IMG/VR virus record: IMGVR_UViG_3300048912_000204
Strand: one strand, 5' to 3'
DNA: 64,000 nt
DNA from: a virus
A program made the translations under genes and the position numbers. Positions 37,494 through 47,265 of this stretch are shown here, one piece after another. Under the pieces are notes generated by a model. It was not told the origin of the DNA, made no database searches, and was given only the letters and a program-made list of their open reading frames with translations. Position 1 is the first letter of the stretch. Every line of letters begins with the position of its first letter.

Positions 37494-38025
37494 GGACATC
37501 ACCTCCTCGAACTCCGCCGAACCCGCAACCGGTTCCAGCACCTGCGCTGTGGACGACTGCACGAGCGCCGTGTGGGCCCGCAAGATGTGCTCCCGCCATT
37601 ACCAAAACTGGCGGCTGTACGGCTCCCCACACGGCACTGGATGGCACGATCCCGACAACATCCGGGATCGTCGTATCGCGTTCTTCTGGGAGAACGTGAC
37701 CAAGCAGGGACCTGACGACTGTTGGCCCTGGAATCGCAAGCCCACGGCCAACGGTTACGGACAACTCCGCTGGCTGACAGGCACCGTTTCTGCGCATCGC
37801 GCCGCCTACGAGATCGCTTACGGACAACCCCCGAAGGCGATCGACGGCAAACGCGTGAACATAGACCACACCTGCCATGACCCGGCGGTATGCAAGCTGA
37901 AGACGGATTGTCCGCACCGGCTGTGCTGCAACCCGGCCCATCTGGAAGCTGTGACCTGGAGAGAGAATTTGGACCGAGGAGACACCAGTCGTCCCGGAAA
38001 CGGCGGCCTGCCCACGGCGCGATAG
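37492..38025 (+). mobile_element. Free-standing HNH homing endonuclease on the opposite strand
   Basis: CWPW...GYG...AHRAAYE...IDHTC...CCNPAHLEAVTWREN; N-terminal CAVDDC...MCSRHY. Confidence 0.88.
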
Positions 38026-38030
38026 CAACC

Positions 38031-38483
38031 TCACCACCACTCCCGGCTGAGGTTGAACTGCTCCAGGCTGAACATGGAGCCCTCGTAGGCGTTCTCCACG
38101 ACGGGGTTGTCCGTGCGCTGGGTGGACGCGGCGCCCGGGAGGGACAGCATGATTTCCCCGGTGCGGATCTTTTCCAGCGTCGCCATGGCGGACCCGGCCT
38201 TGACCTGCACCGGGTGGTTCTGCGCGATGGGGATGCTGCCGAGGTAAGTGATCGTGGCGTAGGACGCGGCAAGGTCACGCGAGAGCATGCGCACGATGGG
38301 CGGGACGGCGGAGGCCTCGATCGGCAGGGAGTATCGGGCGGTCAGGTAGCCGTCGATGAGCGCGTCGGCTTCATCGATCTTGTCCTGGATGTCCGGGTCC
38401 GGTAACACGGCGGCGCTGGTGGGGTCCATCAGCCCGCCGGAAGCGAGGGCCGTTCTGACGCTCGCTAACGTGGAGTACGACAT
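38031..38483 (-). CDS. Head-to-tail adaptor (Mu gp36/DUF1320-like)
   Basis: MSYST...EADALIDGYLTARYSLPI...LEKIRTGEIML. Confidence 0.8.
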   Translation of the reverse strand: MSYSTLASVRTALASGGLMDPTSAAVLPDPDIQDKIDEADALIDGYLTARYSLPIEASAVPPIVRMLSRDLAASYATITYLGSIPIAQNHPVQVKAGSAMATLEKIRTGEIMLSLPGAASTQRTDNPVVENAYEGSMFSLEQFNLSREWW

Positions 38484-38507
38484 TACGGCCCTCCCCTCTC
38501 GTAGGTG

Positions 38508-38807
38508 TTACTCGGCAGCCTTGGGGCGGCCCGGACGGCGCGCGGGGGCCTTCGGCTCCTCGGCCTTCTCCTCGGCCTTCTCCTCGGCCTTCTCCTCGGA
38601 CTCCTTCGGCCCCTCGGCCTCGGGCTCCGCGTCCGCGTCGGGCTCCACGATCTCGCCGACGCCGTTGCGCACGTGGTACTCCGCGATGGACTGGGGGAGC
38701 TTGATCGACTCGCCCGTCTGTACCGGAAGCAGGCTGACGCCCCGGTCGGGATGGAAGATCGACGTGTTCGGCCGGGTGACCCGGAACAGAACGTTCGCTT
38801 CTGCCAT
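38508..38807 (-). CDS. Small head-region protein with acidic/basic tail
   Basis: AAGGAG RBS; EEKA repeats; RRPGRPK end. Confidence 0.65.
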   Translation of the reverse strand: MAEANVLFRVTRPNTSIFHPDRGVSLLPVQTGESIKLPQSIAEYHVRNGVGEIVEPDADAEPEAEGPKESEEKAEEKAEEKAEEPKAPARRPGRPKAAE

Positions 38808-38912
38808 TTACCTGACTCCTTGTGTCACTATGCCGGGCTGTGAAATAGCCTCAATGGGTCTTATCAGACAGACCCAATTCTGACACAAAAGTCAAGGCCG
38901 GGCCATAGTGGG

Positions 38913-39749
38913 CTATTTCCCCGGGACGTACTTCTTACCATTCAGAATGTCCGACAGAAGCGGGGCCGAAATAGCCTCCTGCTGCGCGAAAGCCGTCCTC
39001 GTACCCCTGTGACCAGCAAACCTAGCCCGGATCTCCTCCGCCCGCTCCACCGTCATCTTCACCCGAGGCTTCCCACCCGACGGCACATAATCCGGATCCA
39101 CCCACGTCTGGTTCGCCAGCAGATACGTGATAGTCGCCTTCACCACGCCATACTCCGCCGCCAGTTCGCCGTGCCGGTAGTTGCCTGTCGCATACTTCGC
39201 CCGGATCTCCCGGACTAGGGGCCACGTCAACTCGGCGGCAGGATTGTTGTCTCCCCGGCGGTGCTCCCCGCCCAGGTTGCTGAGGGGGACATAAGCGGGG
39301 TCGTGCCACAGCTTGTTCTGGAGGACGTCCTGCACGGTAGACCGATCGACCTGGAACCGGGCCGCCAAGTCGGCCTGCGTCCACTTGCGGGTGGCGAACA
39401 GTTCGCGCAACCACGTGGCATCCGTGCGCGACAGAGCGGTGGTGCCGTTGATGACGCGGTCGTCCGACTGTTCAGCAGCGGTTCCCCAGCAGAGGTTGGA
39501 GAAGTGGTTGTTGAACGGGTTGCTGTCCCGGTGCCGTACCTGCGCCTCCGGGAAGGGCTTCGCCCCGTGGAACGCCTCGCAGACCAACGTGTGGACGCGC
39601 CGGGAGTACTTCTTGCCGTCGAGGTGCACGATCACTTGCAGGTAGCCGTGGTTGCCTATCACCGGCTTCACCACCGAGCGCGGGCCGGTGATCTGCCCGT
39701 CTTCGCGGATCCGGTACAGGGTGAACGTGGGGTGTGTGAGTTCCAGCAT
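38913..39749 (-). mobile_element. HNH homing endonuclease with three tandem HTH modules
   Basis: VHTLVCEAFHG...VRHRDSNPFNNHFSNLCWGT, followed by three repeats of the RELF/REIR...LAxxY/FxV...W motif. Confidence 0.85.
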
Positions 39750-39778
39750 GCCCTACATGCTACATCATTACTAGAACG

Positions 39779-39810
39779 CCAGAACCCCCTCCGTTTGGAG
39801 GGGGTTCTGG
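39779..39810 (-). terminator. Terminator-like hairpin after the major capsid gene
   Basis: CCAGAACCCCCTCC-N4-GGAGGGGGTTCTGG perfect 14-bp stem. Confidence 0.7.
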
Positions 39811-39840
39811 CAGCTCGTAGGCCTGTGACCTGCGGGTATG

Positions 39841-40755
39841 CTAGATACCCGTTATCACACGTCCTGCCTTCGGCTGGTCGAGGAAGATCGCCGACTGGCG
39901 GACGACGTTGCAGCGCCACGTCTCGTTCGTGGAGTTGTGCTCCAGCGGCGTGACGTCAAGGGCGCGCTCGTCGGCGATGCCGCCGATGGTGCCCGCCTCC
40001 AGGAGGATCGCGCTGTTGGTCGGCACGCGCCACGACTTGACGACGCGGAACTGACCGAAGAGCAGGCCCGGCAGGGACAGCTTGTCGGCGGACGCGGTGC
40101 GGTCCGAGCCGACGAAGTACTTGTTCATGTCCGAGTTGAGCGCCAGGTCCATCGCCCGCGCGTGGTGCAGGATCAGGGTGTTCGGCTCGAAGCCGAACTT
40201 GGCCACGCCGGTCTGGTTCGTGGTCTCCGCGTCGGCGAGCTGGATGGCCAGCATCGCGTTCGCCAGGGTCGAGCGGACGTCCGTGGCGGTCGCCCACGCG
40301 GTGCCGGAGGCGGTCGACGCGAGGCCCGCGATGGCCTGGGCCAGGAACGCGTCCTCCCAGGCGGCCTTCATCGAGTTCACGACCTGCGTGATCGACGTGT
40401 TGACCCTGTCCATGTCATTCCTGCGCCGCATCTCTTCGGTGAACTCGATACCGAAGGCCCGCTTGATGGTGCGCGCGGCCTTGCCGATGCCGAGGTTCGC
40501 CGTGATCAGCGGGATCTCGCCGCCTTCAGCGACCACCGAGGGGCCGCCGTTGGCGTAGAGCGGCGTGGACTCGTTGTACAGGACGACGCCGCTGGGGACG
40601 TCCTGTACCTTGCGTAACACCGTGTCGGTGATGAACTGCTGGTCGGCCAGGGAGAGGATCCTCTCCTTGATGACCGCCGGGCGCTTCAGCAGGGTGTTGA
40701 CTGTGAGGCGGTAGCCGTCGTTGCTCGAAACGGTTCCGACCGTGGTCTGAGGCAT
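39841..40755 (-). CDS. Major capsid protein
   Basis: 304 aa after the scaffold and decoration genes; VAEGGEIP...KRAFGIEFTEEM HK97-fold pattern. Confidence 0.88.
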   Translation of the reverse strand: MPQTTVGTVSSNDGYRLTVNTLLKRPAVIKERILSLADQQFITDTVLRKVQDVPSGVVLYNESTPLYANGGPSVVAEGGEIPLITANLGIGKAARTIKRAFGIEFTEEMRRRNDMDRVNTSITQVVNSMKAAWEDAFLAQAIAGLASTASGTAWATATDVRSTLANAMLAIQLADAETTNQTGVAKFGFEPNTLILHHARAMDLALNSDMNKYFVGSDRTASADKLSLPGLLFGQFRVVKSWRVPTNSAILLEAGTIGGIADERALDVTPLEHNSTNETWRCNVVRQSAIFLDQPKAGRVITGI

Positions 40756-40787
40756 GTCTCAGTCGTCCTTTCTAGTTCTTCTCGGGA

Positions 40788-41249
40788 TCAGACGCCGAGA
40801 CGGAGGTCGACCGGGCCGGTCGAGCCGTTGGAGATGGCGGCCTGCGCGATGCCGATGATCGCGGCCGGGGAGTCGGTGCCGGACACCCACGGAACGACGG
40901 TTCCGGCGGCCCCGGCCTTGAGGACGTCGAACGCGGCGACGGCGCCTCCGGCGAGAAGGTTCCAGACACCGGCCTTGGAGACGGCGACGTAGTCGACCAT
41001 CGTGGAGGTGTCGAAGGCCTTGCGGGTCACGCCCGTGCCGTAGGTGATGTCGTTGTCCGGGACGGAGGTACCGACCGCGTCGTCAGTCGCGACACCCGCG
41101 ACCTTGAGCGAGGTGACGGCCGCTTCCTGGACCTTGGTGGTGCTGGACTCGGTGACGAACTCGACCAGGCGCCCGGCGCGGACGGCGCCGGAGCTGATGA
41201 CCTGGAAGGTCTGCGGTGAACCGTGCTTGAAGACGGGGCTCACACCCAT
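40788..41249 (-). CDS. Capsid decoration/cement protein (DUF2190-like)
   Basis: VAGVATDDA...AGGAVAAFD...IIGIAQAA pattern directly upstream of the MCP. Confidence 0.75.
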   Translation of the reverse strand: MGVSPVFKHGSPQTFQVISSGAVRAGRLVEFVTESSTTKVQEAAVTSLKVAGVATDDAVGTSVPDNDITYGTGVTRKAFDTSTMVDYVAVSKAGVWNLLAGGAVAAFDVLKAGAAGTVVPWVSGTDSPAAIIGIAQAAISNGSTGPVDLRLGV

Positions 41250-41285
41250 TGTTTTCTCCTTCGAGAGGTCTGCCGGGAGCCCCGG

Positions 41286-42884
41286 TCAGTAGTCGTACTG
41301 CTCGCCCCAGAGGGAGGCGAGCTTCTTGTCTTCCTGGGCCGCCAGGGCTTCGACGTCGTCGCGGTCCGGGGAGTAGCTGTGACCCCGTTCACGGGCGAGG
41401 TCGATGTAACCCGTGGCGGAGTCGAGGAGCTGCCGCACAACGGCTGCTGCGTCCACGGTCTCGATGCCGCCGATCGCGTTGGAGAACTCCAACGTGGCTG
41501 CGGGTCCGGCCAGCAGGACCGGACGGGCCAGGTCGACCAGCGCGGCCGGGACGCCCTTGCGGACGTAGTCGGCCTTGAGGCTGTCGAACTGCTGCGCGGC
41601 GAGCTGGGACTGAAGGACAGCCACCTGGTTGGACAGGGCGACGACCTCGGGGCCCGCCTCGTTGGACAGGGAGACCGCTCCGGCTCCGACCAGCTCGCGG
41701 GATTCGGCCGGGGCCTCCTCCTGGACGGCTGCCGCCTGCTCTTCAGCGATGGCGGCGGCCTCTTCGGATCCGGCGGCCTGTGCGGCAGCGTCCTTGGCCT
41801 CGGCCTCGGCCCACAGCTTGGCCATCTCCTCGTCAGAGAAGCCTTCCAGGGAGTCGTCCTCCCCGAGCGTGGGGTCTTCGGTGCCCAGGCCGCTGTTGAA
41901 GTCGCCGGAGGCCAGGCGTTCGACCAGTTCGTCGTCCGTCGGCTCGGCCGTAACCTCGGCGACGGCCTCGGTCTCCTCGGAGACGGTCTCTTCGGCGGTG
42001 GCCTCGGTCTCGTCGGTGTTCTCCGCGCCGGTCTCGGTGTCGAGGCCCAGTTCGGCGGCCAGCTCGTCCAGTTCGGCGTCCGAGAGGGCTTCGACGGCGG
42101 CGGCGATGTCCTCCTCGGAGGGGATCCCGGCCTCTGCTTCGGCGTCGGCGAGGAAGTCGGCTTCACCCGGCTCTTCGATGAGTTCGTCGTCGTCCACCTC
42201 GGCGGTGGCGGTTTCGTCGGTGTCGAAGGCGGAGCCGAAGATTTCCAGCTCGTCGTCCGTCATTCCGAGGGCGTCCAGCGCTTCGGGGGTCATTCCGGCA
42301 GCCGTGGCCACCTGCTGTAAAAGGTCGGCACGTGTGGCCATGTGCTCCAACTCCTCGTAAGAGGTTGCGGACAGGTCGATCACGTTTTCCGCCGGACCTC
42401 CGTTGGACAGCGCCACCTCTTCCCAGGTGCCGAGTCCTGGAATGACCGGGTCTAACGTGCCCAGAACATGCTGAAGCGCCCGGGGGAAATGTTTCCCGTC
42501 CGAGCGCTGGTAGTTTTCGAGGATGCGGGCGGACACGCCTAACTTCGGGTTCTCGTCCAGAACCTTGGCTGCGTCCGGGGTGACCTGGAAGACGGCGTAC
42601 AGGCCGTCTTCATCGACCTCTACTGACTTGACCTCGCCACGGAACCGCTCGGGGTCGAGGGTGTGGGAGTTGTTGTCGGGGGCCATCATGAAGGCCACCT
42701 GGTCGTAGGCGCCCTGATGGAAGGAGTTCGCCAGGTCGGTGAGGTAGGCGTCATCGAAGCGGATTTTGCGGCCCTTGTAGTTGATCGTGGCCTTCGGGAG
42801 GATCCTCTTGCGATACACCTTCTGGGACAGCGCGATGGCGGCACCGTCGTCCTGAGGGGACAACAGTAATTCGCTCTCGGGCAT
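41286..42884 (-). CDS. Mu gpI-like prohead protease fused to acidic scaffold
   Basis: N-terminal protease (H in NSHT, GVSA serine, LQHVLGTLDPVIPGL) followed by a very acidic coiled-coil scaffold region. Confidence 0.82.
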   Translation of the reverse strand: MPESELLLSPQDDGAAIALSQKVYRKRILPKATINYKGRKIRFDDAYLTDLANSFHQGAYDQVAFMMAPDNNSHTLDPERFRGEVKSVEVDEDGLYAVFQVTPDAAKVLDENPKLGVSARILENYQRSDGKHFPRALQHVLGTLDPVIPGLGTWEEVALSNGGPAENVIDLSATSYEELEHMATRADLLQQVATAAGMTPEALDALGMTDDELEIFGSAFDTDETATAEVDDDELIEEPGEADFLADAEAEAGIPSEEDIAAAVEALSDAELDELAAELGLDTETGAENTDETEATAEETVSEETEAVAEVTAEPTDDELVERLASGDFNSGLGTEDPTLGEDDSLEGFSDEEMAKLWAEAEAKDAAAQAAGSEEAAAIAEEQAAAVQEEAPAESRELVGAGAVSLSNEAGPEVVALSNQVAVLQSQLAAQQFDSLKADYVRKGVPAALVDLARPVLLAGPAATLEFSNAIGGIETVDAAAVVRQLLDSATGYIDLARERGHSYSPDRDDVEALAAQEDKKLASLWGEQYDY

Positions 42885-43031
42885 CCCGTTACCTCACTTC
42901 ACTTTCGACTGCGCATCATCTTAACTGACTAGTCCCAGTATTGGCTATCATGCGCCCTTGAATCAAGCAATACCAGGATGAGCTGGGCATGCTTTTTACG
43001 GGCTATTTCCGCGGGCTATTTCAGTGGGCCT

Positions 43032-44840
43032 TTATCGGCGTTCCAGGGAAATCCAACTGCCTGCGCCCAGCGTCGCCGTCTGCCCTGCGGTTCCCGAGGC
43101 GAACGTGACCGTCAGGTTCCCGGCCGTTCCGGTAGTGATCAAGGACCCCGTGAGCATCGCCGTCTTGTTGGCGCCGGACCCGGACCATGTGTCGATCGAG
43201 GAGATGAGCGGGAAGCTCGTCGCCACCGAGTCGCCCCAGATCATCGTGGCGCCGGACGGCCCCGTGAAGCCGTGGGTGAAGGACACACCCGCCGGGGACT
43301 GGATGACCAGGCAGCCGCGCAGCAGGTACGTGGTGTTCGCCTCCACGGCGATGACGAGCTGCGTGGAGGCGGTCTGCGCGGTCACGGTGACGTTCTGGGC
43401 CGTGGACGCCAGCGCGGACAGGGTGTTCTGGATCACGATGATCGCGCCGTTGGCCTGGCGCACCTTCAGGGTGTTGTTCTCGCAGTACATGACGGCGGCA
43501 TTGGGGTTGGCGTTGGGGACCGTGGTGGCGTTCGTGAACGCGATCAGTGCGCCGTTGCCTCCGCCGAACGATCCGGACGACCCCATGCGCAGGTTCGCCA
43601 ACTGGCTGGTTCCGGAGGCCGTGAACGACGTGCCGGTGAAAGTCGTGCCCGTGAGGCCGCCGGTCAGGGTGCCGCCTGAGAGCTGGAGGTAGCGGGCGTC
43701 GCCCAGCGTCTGGGTCAGATAGCGGGCGTCGTTCGGGTCACCCGTGGTGCCACCGCCGATGTTGCCCCGGACCAGGCTGCCCGCGCCTGCGAGTTCCAGC
43801 GGGCCCTGCGCCAGGGTGCCGGAGACGATCAGGGTGTTGCCCTGGATGTTGTTGCTGCCGGTTCCTCCGGTGCTCTCCTCGCGGATGAGGGAGCGCCCGG
43901 CGCCGTTGGTCGGGGCCGAGCGGATGGTGTTGCCCTGGACGACGTTGTTGATCGCACCGGACTCCAGGCGGATGCCGGAGGCGGTTCCGGCCGTGCCGAG
44001 GGCGCCGACGCCGAAGATCGTGTTGGAGGTGGCAGTGCAGTTGGGGGCGGCGATGAAGACGGCGTCCCCTCCGAGGCTGTCGAAGGTGCAGCCCAGGAGC
44101 TGTGTGCTGCCGACGGTCTGGATGCGGATGCCCTTGGCGGCGTTGGTGCCGCCGCCTACGAAGTTGCATTCCGAGACGGTCTGGAAACCGGCCAGGTCCA
44201 GGATGTGCACGGCGGTTCCGGTGCCGGTGCCGCCGGAGCCTCCGAGGGTTTCGAAGTCGCAGCCGATGATCTGGTTCTCGGTGCTGGACGACATGGTCAG
44301 GCCGCGTCCCGGGCCGGTCGAGCCGGTGGAGTTGTCGAAGAGGCAGCCGATGACGCGGTTGTTGTGGCCGAAGCTGCCGCCGGACATGCCGCCGAGGTAC
44401 AGGGCGTCGTCGCGGCAGGCGGTGAAGTGGACGTTGTCGAACCGGCAGGCGATGGCTCCCAGGGCGTTGATGCCGCCGGAGCTGCCGAGGGTTCCCTGCG
44501 AGAGGCAGTTGCCGTCGATCGTCAGGTCCCGCATGGTAATCCGGGTGTCGGCCCCGGTCATCTGGAAGATGTAGCAGTTCTTGTTGGCCTTGAGCTGAAT
44601 GCGGGTGCCCCATCCGGCGCCGAAGATGCTCAGGCCCTCCCCGGCCGGGATGCTGATCGTGGAGGAGACCGCGTACGTACCGGCGGGTAAGTAGACGGAG
44701 GTGTGCGCGGAGGACGCGTCGTTGATCGCGGCCTGGAGTGCGGCCGTGTCGTCGGCCACCCCGTCGCCGATCGCTCCGTATGCGGGGCTCTTGACGTTGA
44801 TGCCAGCGGACGCCCAGGGGCCCTCGATCATGTAAGCCAT
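43032..44840 (-). CDS. Right-handed beta-helix (pectate-lyase-3-like) fibre/spike protein
   Basis: YGAIGDGVADDTAALQAAI N-terminus and repeated GN(T/N)I beta-helix turns; C-terminal module shared with 823..2292. Confidence 0.82.
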   Translation of the reverse strand: MAYMIEGPWASAGINVKSPAYGAIGDGVADDTAALQAAINDASSAHTSVYLPAGTYAVSSTISIPAGEGLSIFGAGWGTRIQLKANKNCYIFQMTGADTRITMRDLTIDGNCLSQGTLGSSGGINALGAIACRFDNVHFTACRDDALYLGGMSGGSFGHNNRVIGCLFDNSTGSTGPGRGLTMSSSTENQIIGCDFETLGGSGGTGTGTAVHILDLAGFQTVSECNFVGGGTNAAKGIRIQTVGSTQLLGCTFDSLGGDAVFIAAPNCTATSNTIFGVGALGTAGTASGIRLESGAINNVVQGNTIRSAPTNGAGRSLIREESTGGTGSNNIQGNTLIVSGTLAQGPLELAGAGSLVRGNIGGGTTGDPNDARYLTQTLGDARYLQLSGGTLTGGLTGTTFTGTSFTASGTSQLANLRMGSSGSFGGGNGALIAFTNATTVPNANPNAAVMYCENNTLKVRQANGAIIVIQNTLSALASTAQNVTVTAQTASTQLVIAVEANTTYLLRGCLVIQSPAGVSFTHGFTGPSGATMIWGDSVATSFPLISSIDTWSGSGANKTAMLTGSLITTGTAGNLTVTFASGTAGQTATLGAGSWISLERR

Positions 44841-45104
44841 CAGGCACCCCGCCCGGGTAAGTCGCTTGGCATCCCGTTTACCCCCACTAGATAGATCCAT
44901 CTCATGTTACGGGTTCAATGCCCGATTTCCTACGCCTGGAAGGCTTCCCTCCAGCTTCTTGCAGCGTTGCTTGCAGTGCTGGCTGTAGAGGGCTCGGGCA
45001 GGGGTCGGCAGCCGTCCACGAGGCGGTTACCCCATTCTGAAAGATGAGGTCGCCCCCTCCCCCGGGCGTGTGCGCGCGTACACGTACATGGATCACATCT
45101 CAAA

Positions 45105-45295
45105 ACAGGGTAACGAGGTAACTCACATGCATTTACGCAGGTCAGAGCACATATTTGGGTTACTTTTTACGAGGTAACTTAGGGGTAACTAGAGGGTAAC
45201 CAGGGCTGTTCCATGATCAACTAGCCAAGACTTTGTCCTGACATTTGAGCGACCAAGATCAAGTTACTTCCCTGGTTACCCCGCCGAAGTAACCG
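45105..45295. repeat. Iteron-like GTAAC repeat cluster, putative replication origin
   Basis: Nine GTAAC cores in both orientations (GGTAAC at 45109, 45117, 45173, 45184, 45195) in an AT-rich non-coding stretch. Confidence 0.6.
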
Positions 45296-45394
45296 TGGAC
45301 ACCTTGTGATCACGTGTTAGGGTGTGCCCCTGAAACGTAAGAACCCCCGACCGGCGGTCACCAGTCGGGGGGCTACTGAGAGGGCAAGCTCTCT

Positions 45395-47218
45395 ATGACG
45401 GAGAATATCTCCCCTACCACCCCGGCAGCAACCACCCTCGCCGCCACCCCGGTTACGAAAGCCACCCTCGACACGGGCTGGCTGATGACCCGGGACAACG
45501 TCGTCCACGTGATCACGCGTGGACGCGACCCCCAGGACTCCTCCCAGTACATCCTGGACGAAGAACCCTACGGTGATTTCGACATCGTGGCACTCGGCAT
45601 CATCGCCGACGACAAGACCGAGCGCCGGGCCTGGGACGTCGTGATCGTCCGGCAGAGCGACGGCAAGGAGCTGCGCCGCATCCTGGACGAGAAAACCCTC
45701 GCGGACAGCAAGAGGCTGACGCTGTGGCTGACCTCGGCCGGAGTCTCCGTGATGTGCCCCGACGGCGCGCTCGGCGGCGGTGTTGCCCAGGGCGTGCGCC
45801 TGCTGCGCTACATCAACGCGCAGAAGCCGCCGGAGGCCACGATCGTGGACCAGGTGGGCTACCACCCCGACCTGAACGTTTTCGTGGCCCACGAGGGCGT
45901 CCTGCGCCCGGGAGACACCGCGTTCGACCCCAAGGCGCCCTACCGTCCCTCTGCGCAGCTCTCCACGTCCGGGGACGCCCCCTTCGCCTACGGGTTCGCG
46001 CCGAAGGGTCTGGAGGAGGTCCGGGACGTGCTGGCGCAGGTGCTGACGTTCCATGACGAAACGCCCCTGGCGGTCGCTGCGTCGTGGATGGTGATGTCCC
46101 TGGTGCAGTCCGCGATCATCCAGCACACGTCGCATTTTCCCGTGATGGCCATCGAGGCGCCGTCGGGGTCGGGCAAGACCACGGGTGCCCTGTCGATGCT
46201 CCGGCAGTTGCTCACGGGCAACACCTCCGGGCCCTCCCAGGGAACGATCCCCGACGTCCGCCAGAAGATCGCGTCCACCCGGTCCGGATTCGTCCACATT
46301 GACGACCTGGACGACCCGAAAGCCGTGTTCGAGATGCTGCGGCTGTCGACGGCCGACGGCACCAAGATGATGCGCTCGCACGCCTCGGGGTTCATGGCCT
46401 CCCAGCACTCCCAGCTCACCGGAACGATTCTGCTGACCGGCGAGTACCTGGGCCTGCGGTCCCAGAAGGCGCTGGTGGACCGGATTCTGATGCTGGAGCT
46501 GACGGACCCCACCAACCGCAAGTCCCAGATCCCCGGCCGGGAGCACATCTCCCAGTGGGCCGACGTGACGGCCCTGTCCCGCCGCTACCCGGGCAGTGAG
46601 GGCATGTCCGTCCTCGCGGGCACGGTCGTTGCGGAGATCCTGCGCTGGCTGGACGACATCGAAGCGCTGCTGGACGAGGTCAAGCCGTGCCCGGGACGTC
46701 TGGGTGACAAGTACGCGACGGTGCTGGCCGGGGCCTGCTTCGTGGATCACCTGCTCGGCGACTCCAAGGCGTGGATCAAAAAGGGTGATACGTACGCGCA
46801 GGTGATGGCCTGGGTCGAAGAGGACATGCAGTTCGCGAACTCCTGGGACAACGCCCTGACGACCGAAATCCTCCCCTGGGCCCTGCACGAGTACGGCGGC
46901 TGGGCCGGGGTGGACATCAACGCCTACGAACCGGTCAAGATCTCCGGCAAGACCTTCGTCACCGCGCCCGGCTTCTACAAGGAGGACGGGGACAACGGGG
47001 AGGGCATCTTCATTCACCCGCGCACCCTCGCCGACGCCTGGCGGGCCTACGTCGGTCACAAGGCCGAGGACCGTGTCCACTCGTCCGCCGCCATCGTCGC
47101 GCAGGCCAAGATCGCCGGGTTCGTGGAGAAGGTCATCAAGGTCCCCGGCGGCAAGTCCGTCAAGGGCTGGATCCTCCACGGCGACAAGGTGGAGATCATC
47201 CGCCAGCGCGCAAGCTGA
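45395..47218 (+). CDS. Replication P-loop NTPase/helicase (DUF927/Cch-like) without an obvious primase domain
   Basis: Walker A APSGSGKTT, Walker B VHIDD, LRLSTADG; 607 aa with high GC3. Confidence 0.75.
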   Translation: MTENISPTTPAATTLAATPVTKATLDTGWLMTRDNVVHVITRGRDPQDSSQYILDEEPYGDFDIVALGIIADDKTERRAWDVVIVRQSDGKELRRILDEKTLADSKRLTLWLTSAGVSVMCPDGALGGGVAQGVRLLRYINAQKPPEATIVDQVGYHPDLNVFVAHEGVLRPGDTAFDPKAPYRPSAQLSTSGDAPFAYGFAPKGLEEVRDVLAQVLTFHDETPLAVAASWMVMSLVQSAIIQHTSHFPVMAIEAPSGSGKTTGALSMLRQLLTGNTSGPSQGTIPDVRQKIASTRSGFVHIDDLDDPKAVFEMLRLSTADGTKMMRSHASGFMASQHSQLTGTILLTGEYLGLRSQKALVDRILMLELTDPTNRKSQIPGREHISQWADVTALSRRYPGSEGMSVLAGTVVAEILRWLDDIEALLDEVKPCPGRLGDKYATVLAGACFVDHLLGDSKAWIKKGDTYAQVMAWVEEDMQFANSWDNALTTEILPWALHEYGGWAGVDINAYEPVKISGKTFVTAPGFYKEDGDNGEGIFIHPRTLADAWRAYVGHKAEDRVHSSAAIVAQAKIAGFVEKVIKVPGGKSVKGWILHGDKVEIIRQRAS

Positions 47219-47230
47219 CCCCGAGAACGC

Positions 47231-47265
47231 GAGACCCCCGCCGGACGTATCCGGCGGGGGTCTTC
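47231..47265. terminator. Bidirectional terminator between convergent genes
   Basis: AGACCCCCGCCGGA-CGTA-TCCGGCGGGGGTCT stem. Confidence 0.7.

Noticed and set aside
37390-38025. Group I intron explanation for the connector gene break
   Set aside because: The gap is only 17 nt, the HNH lies outside it and on the opposite strand, and no P-element core is recognisable.
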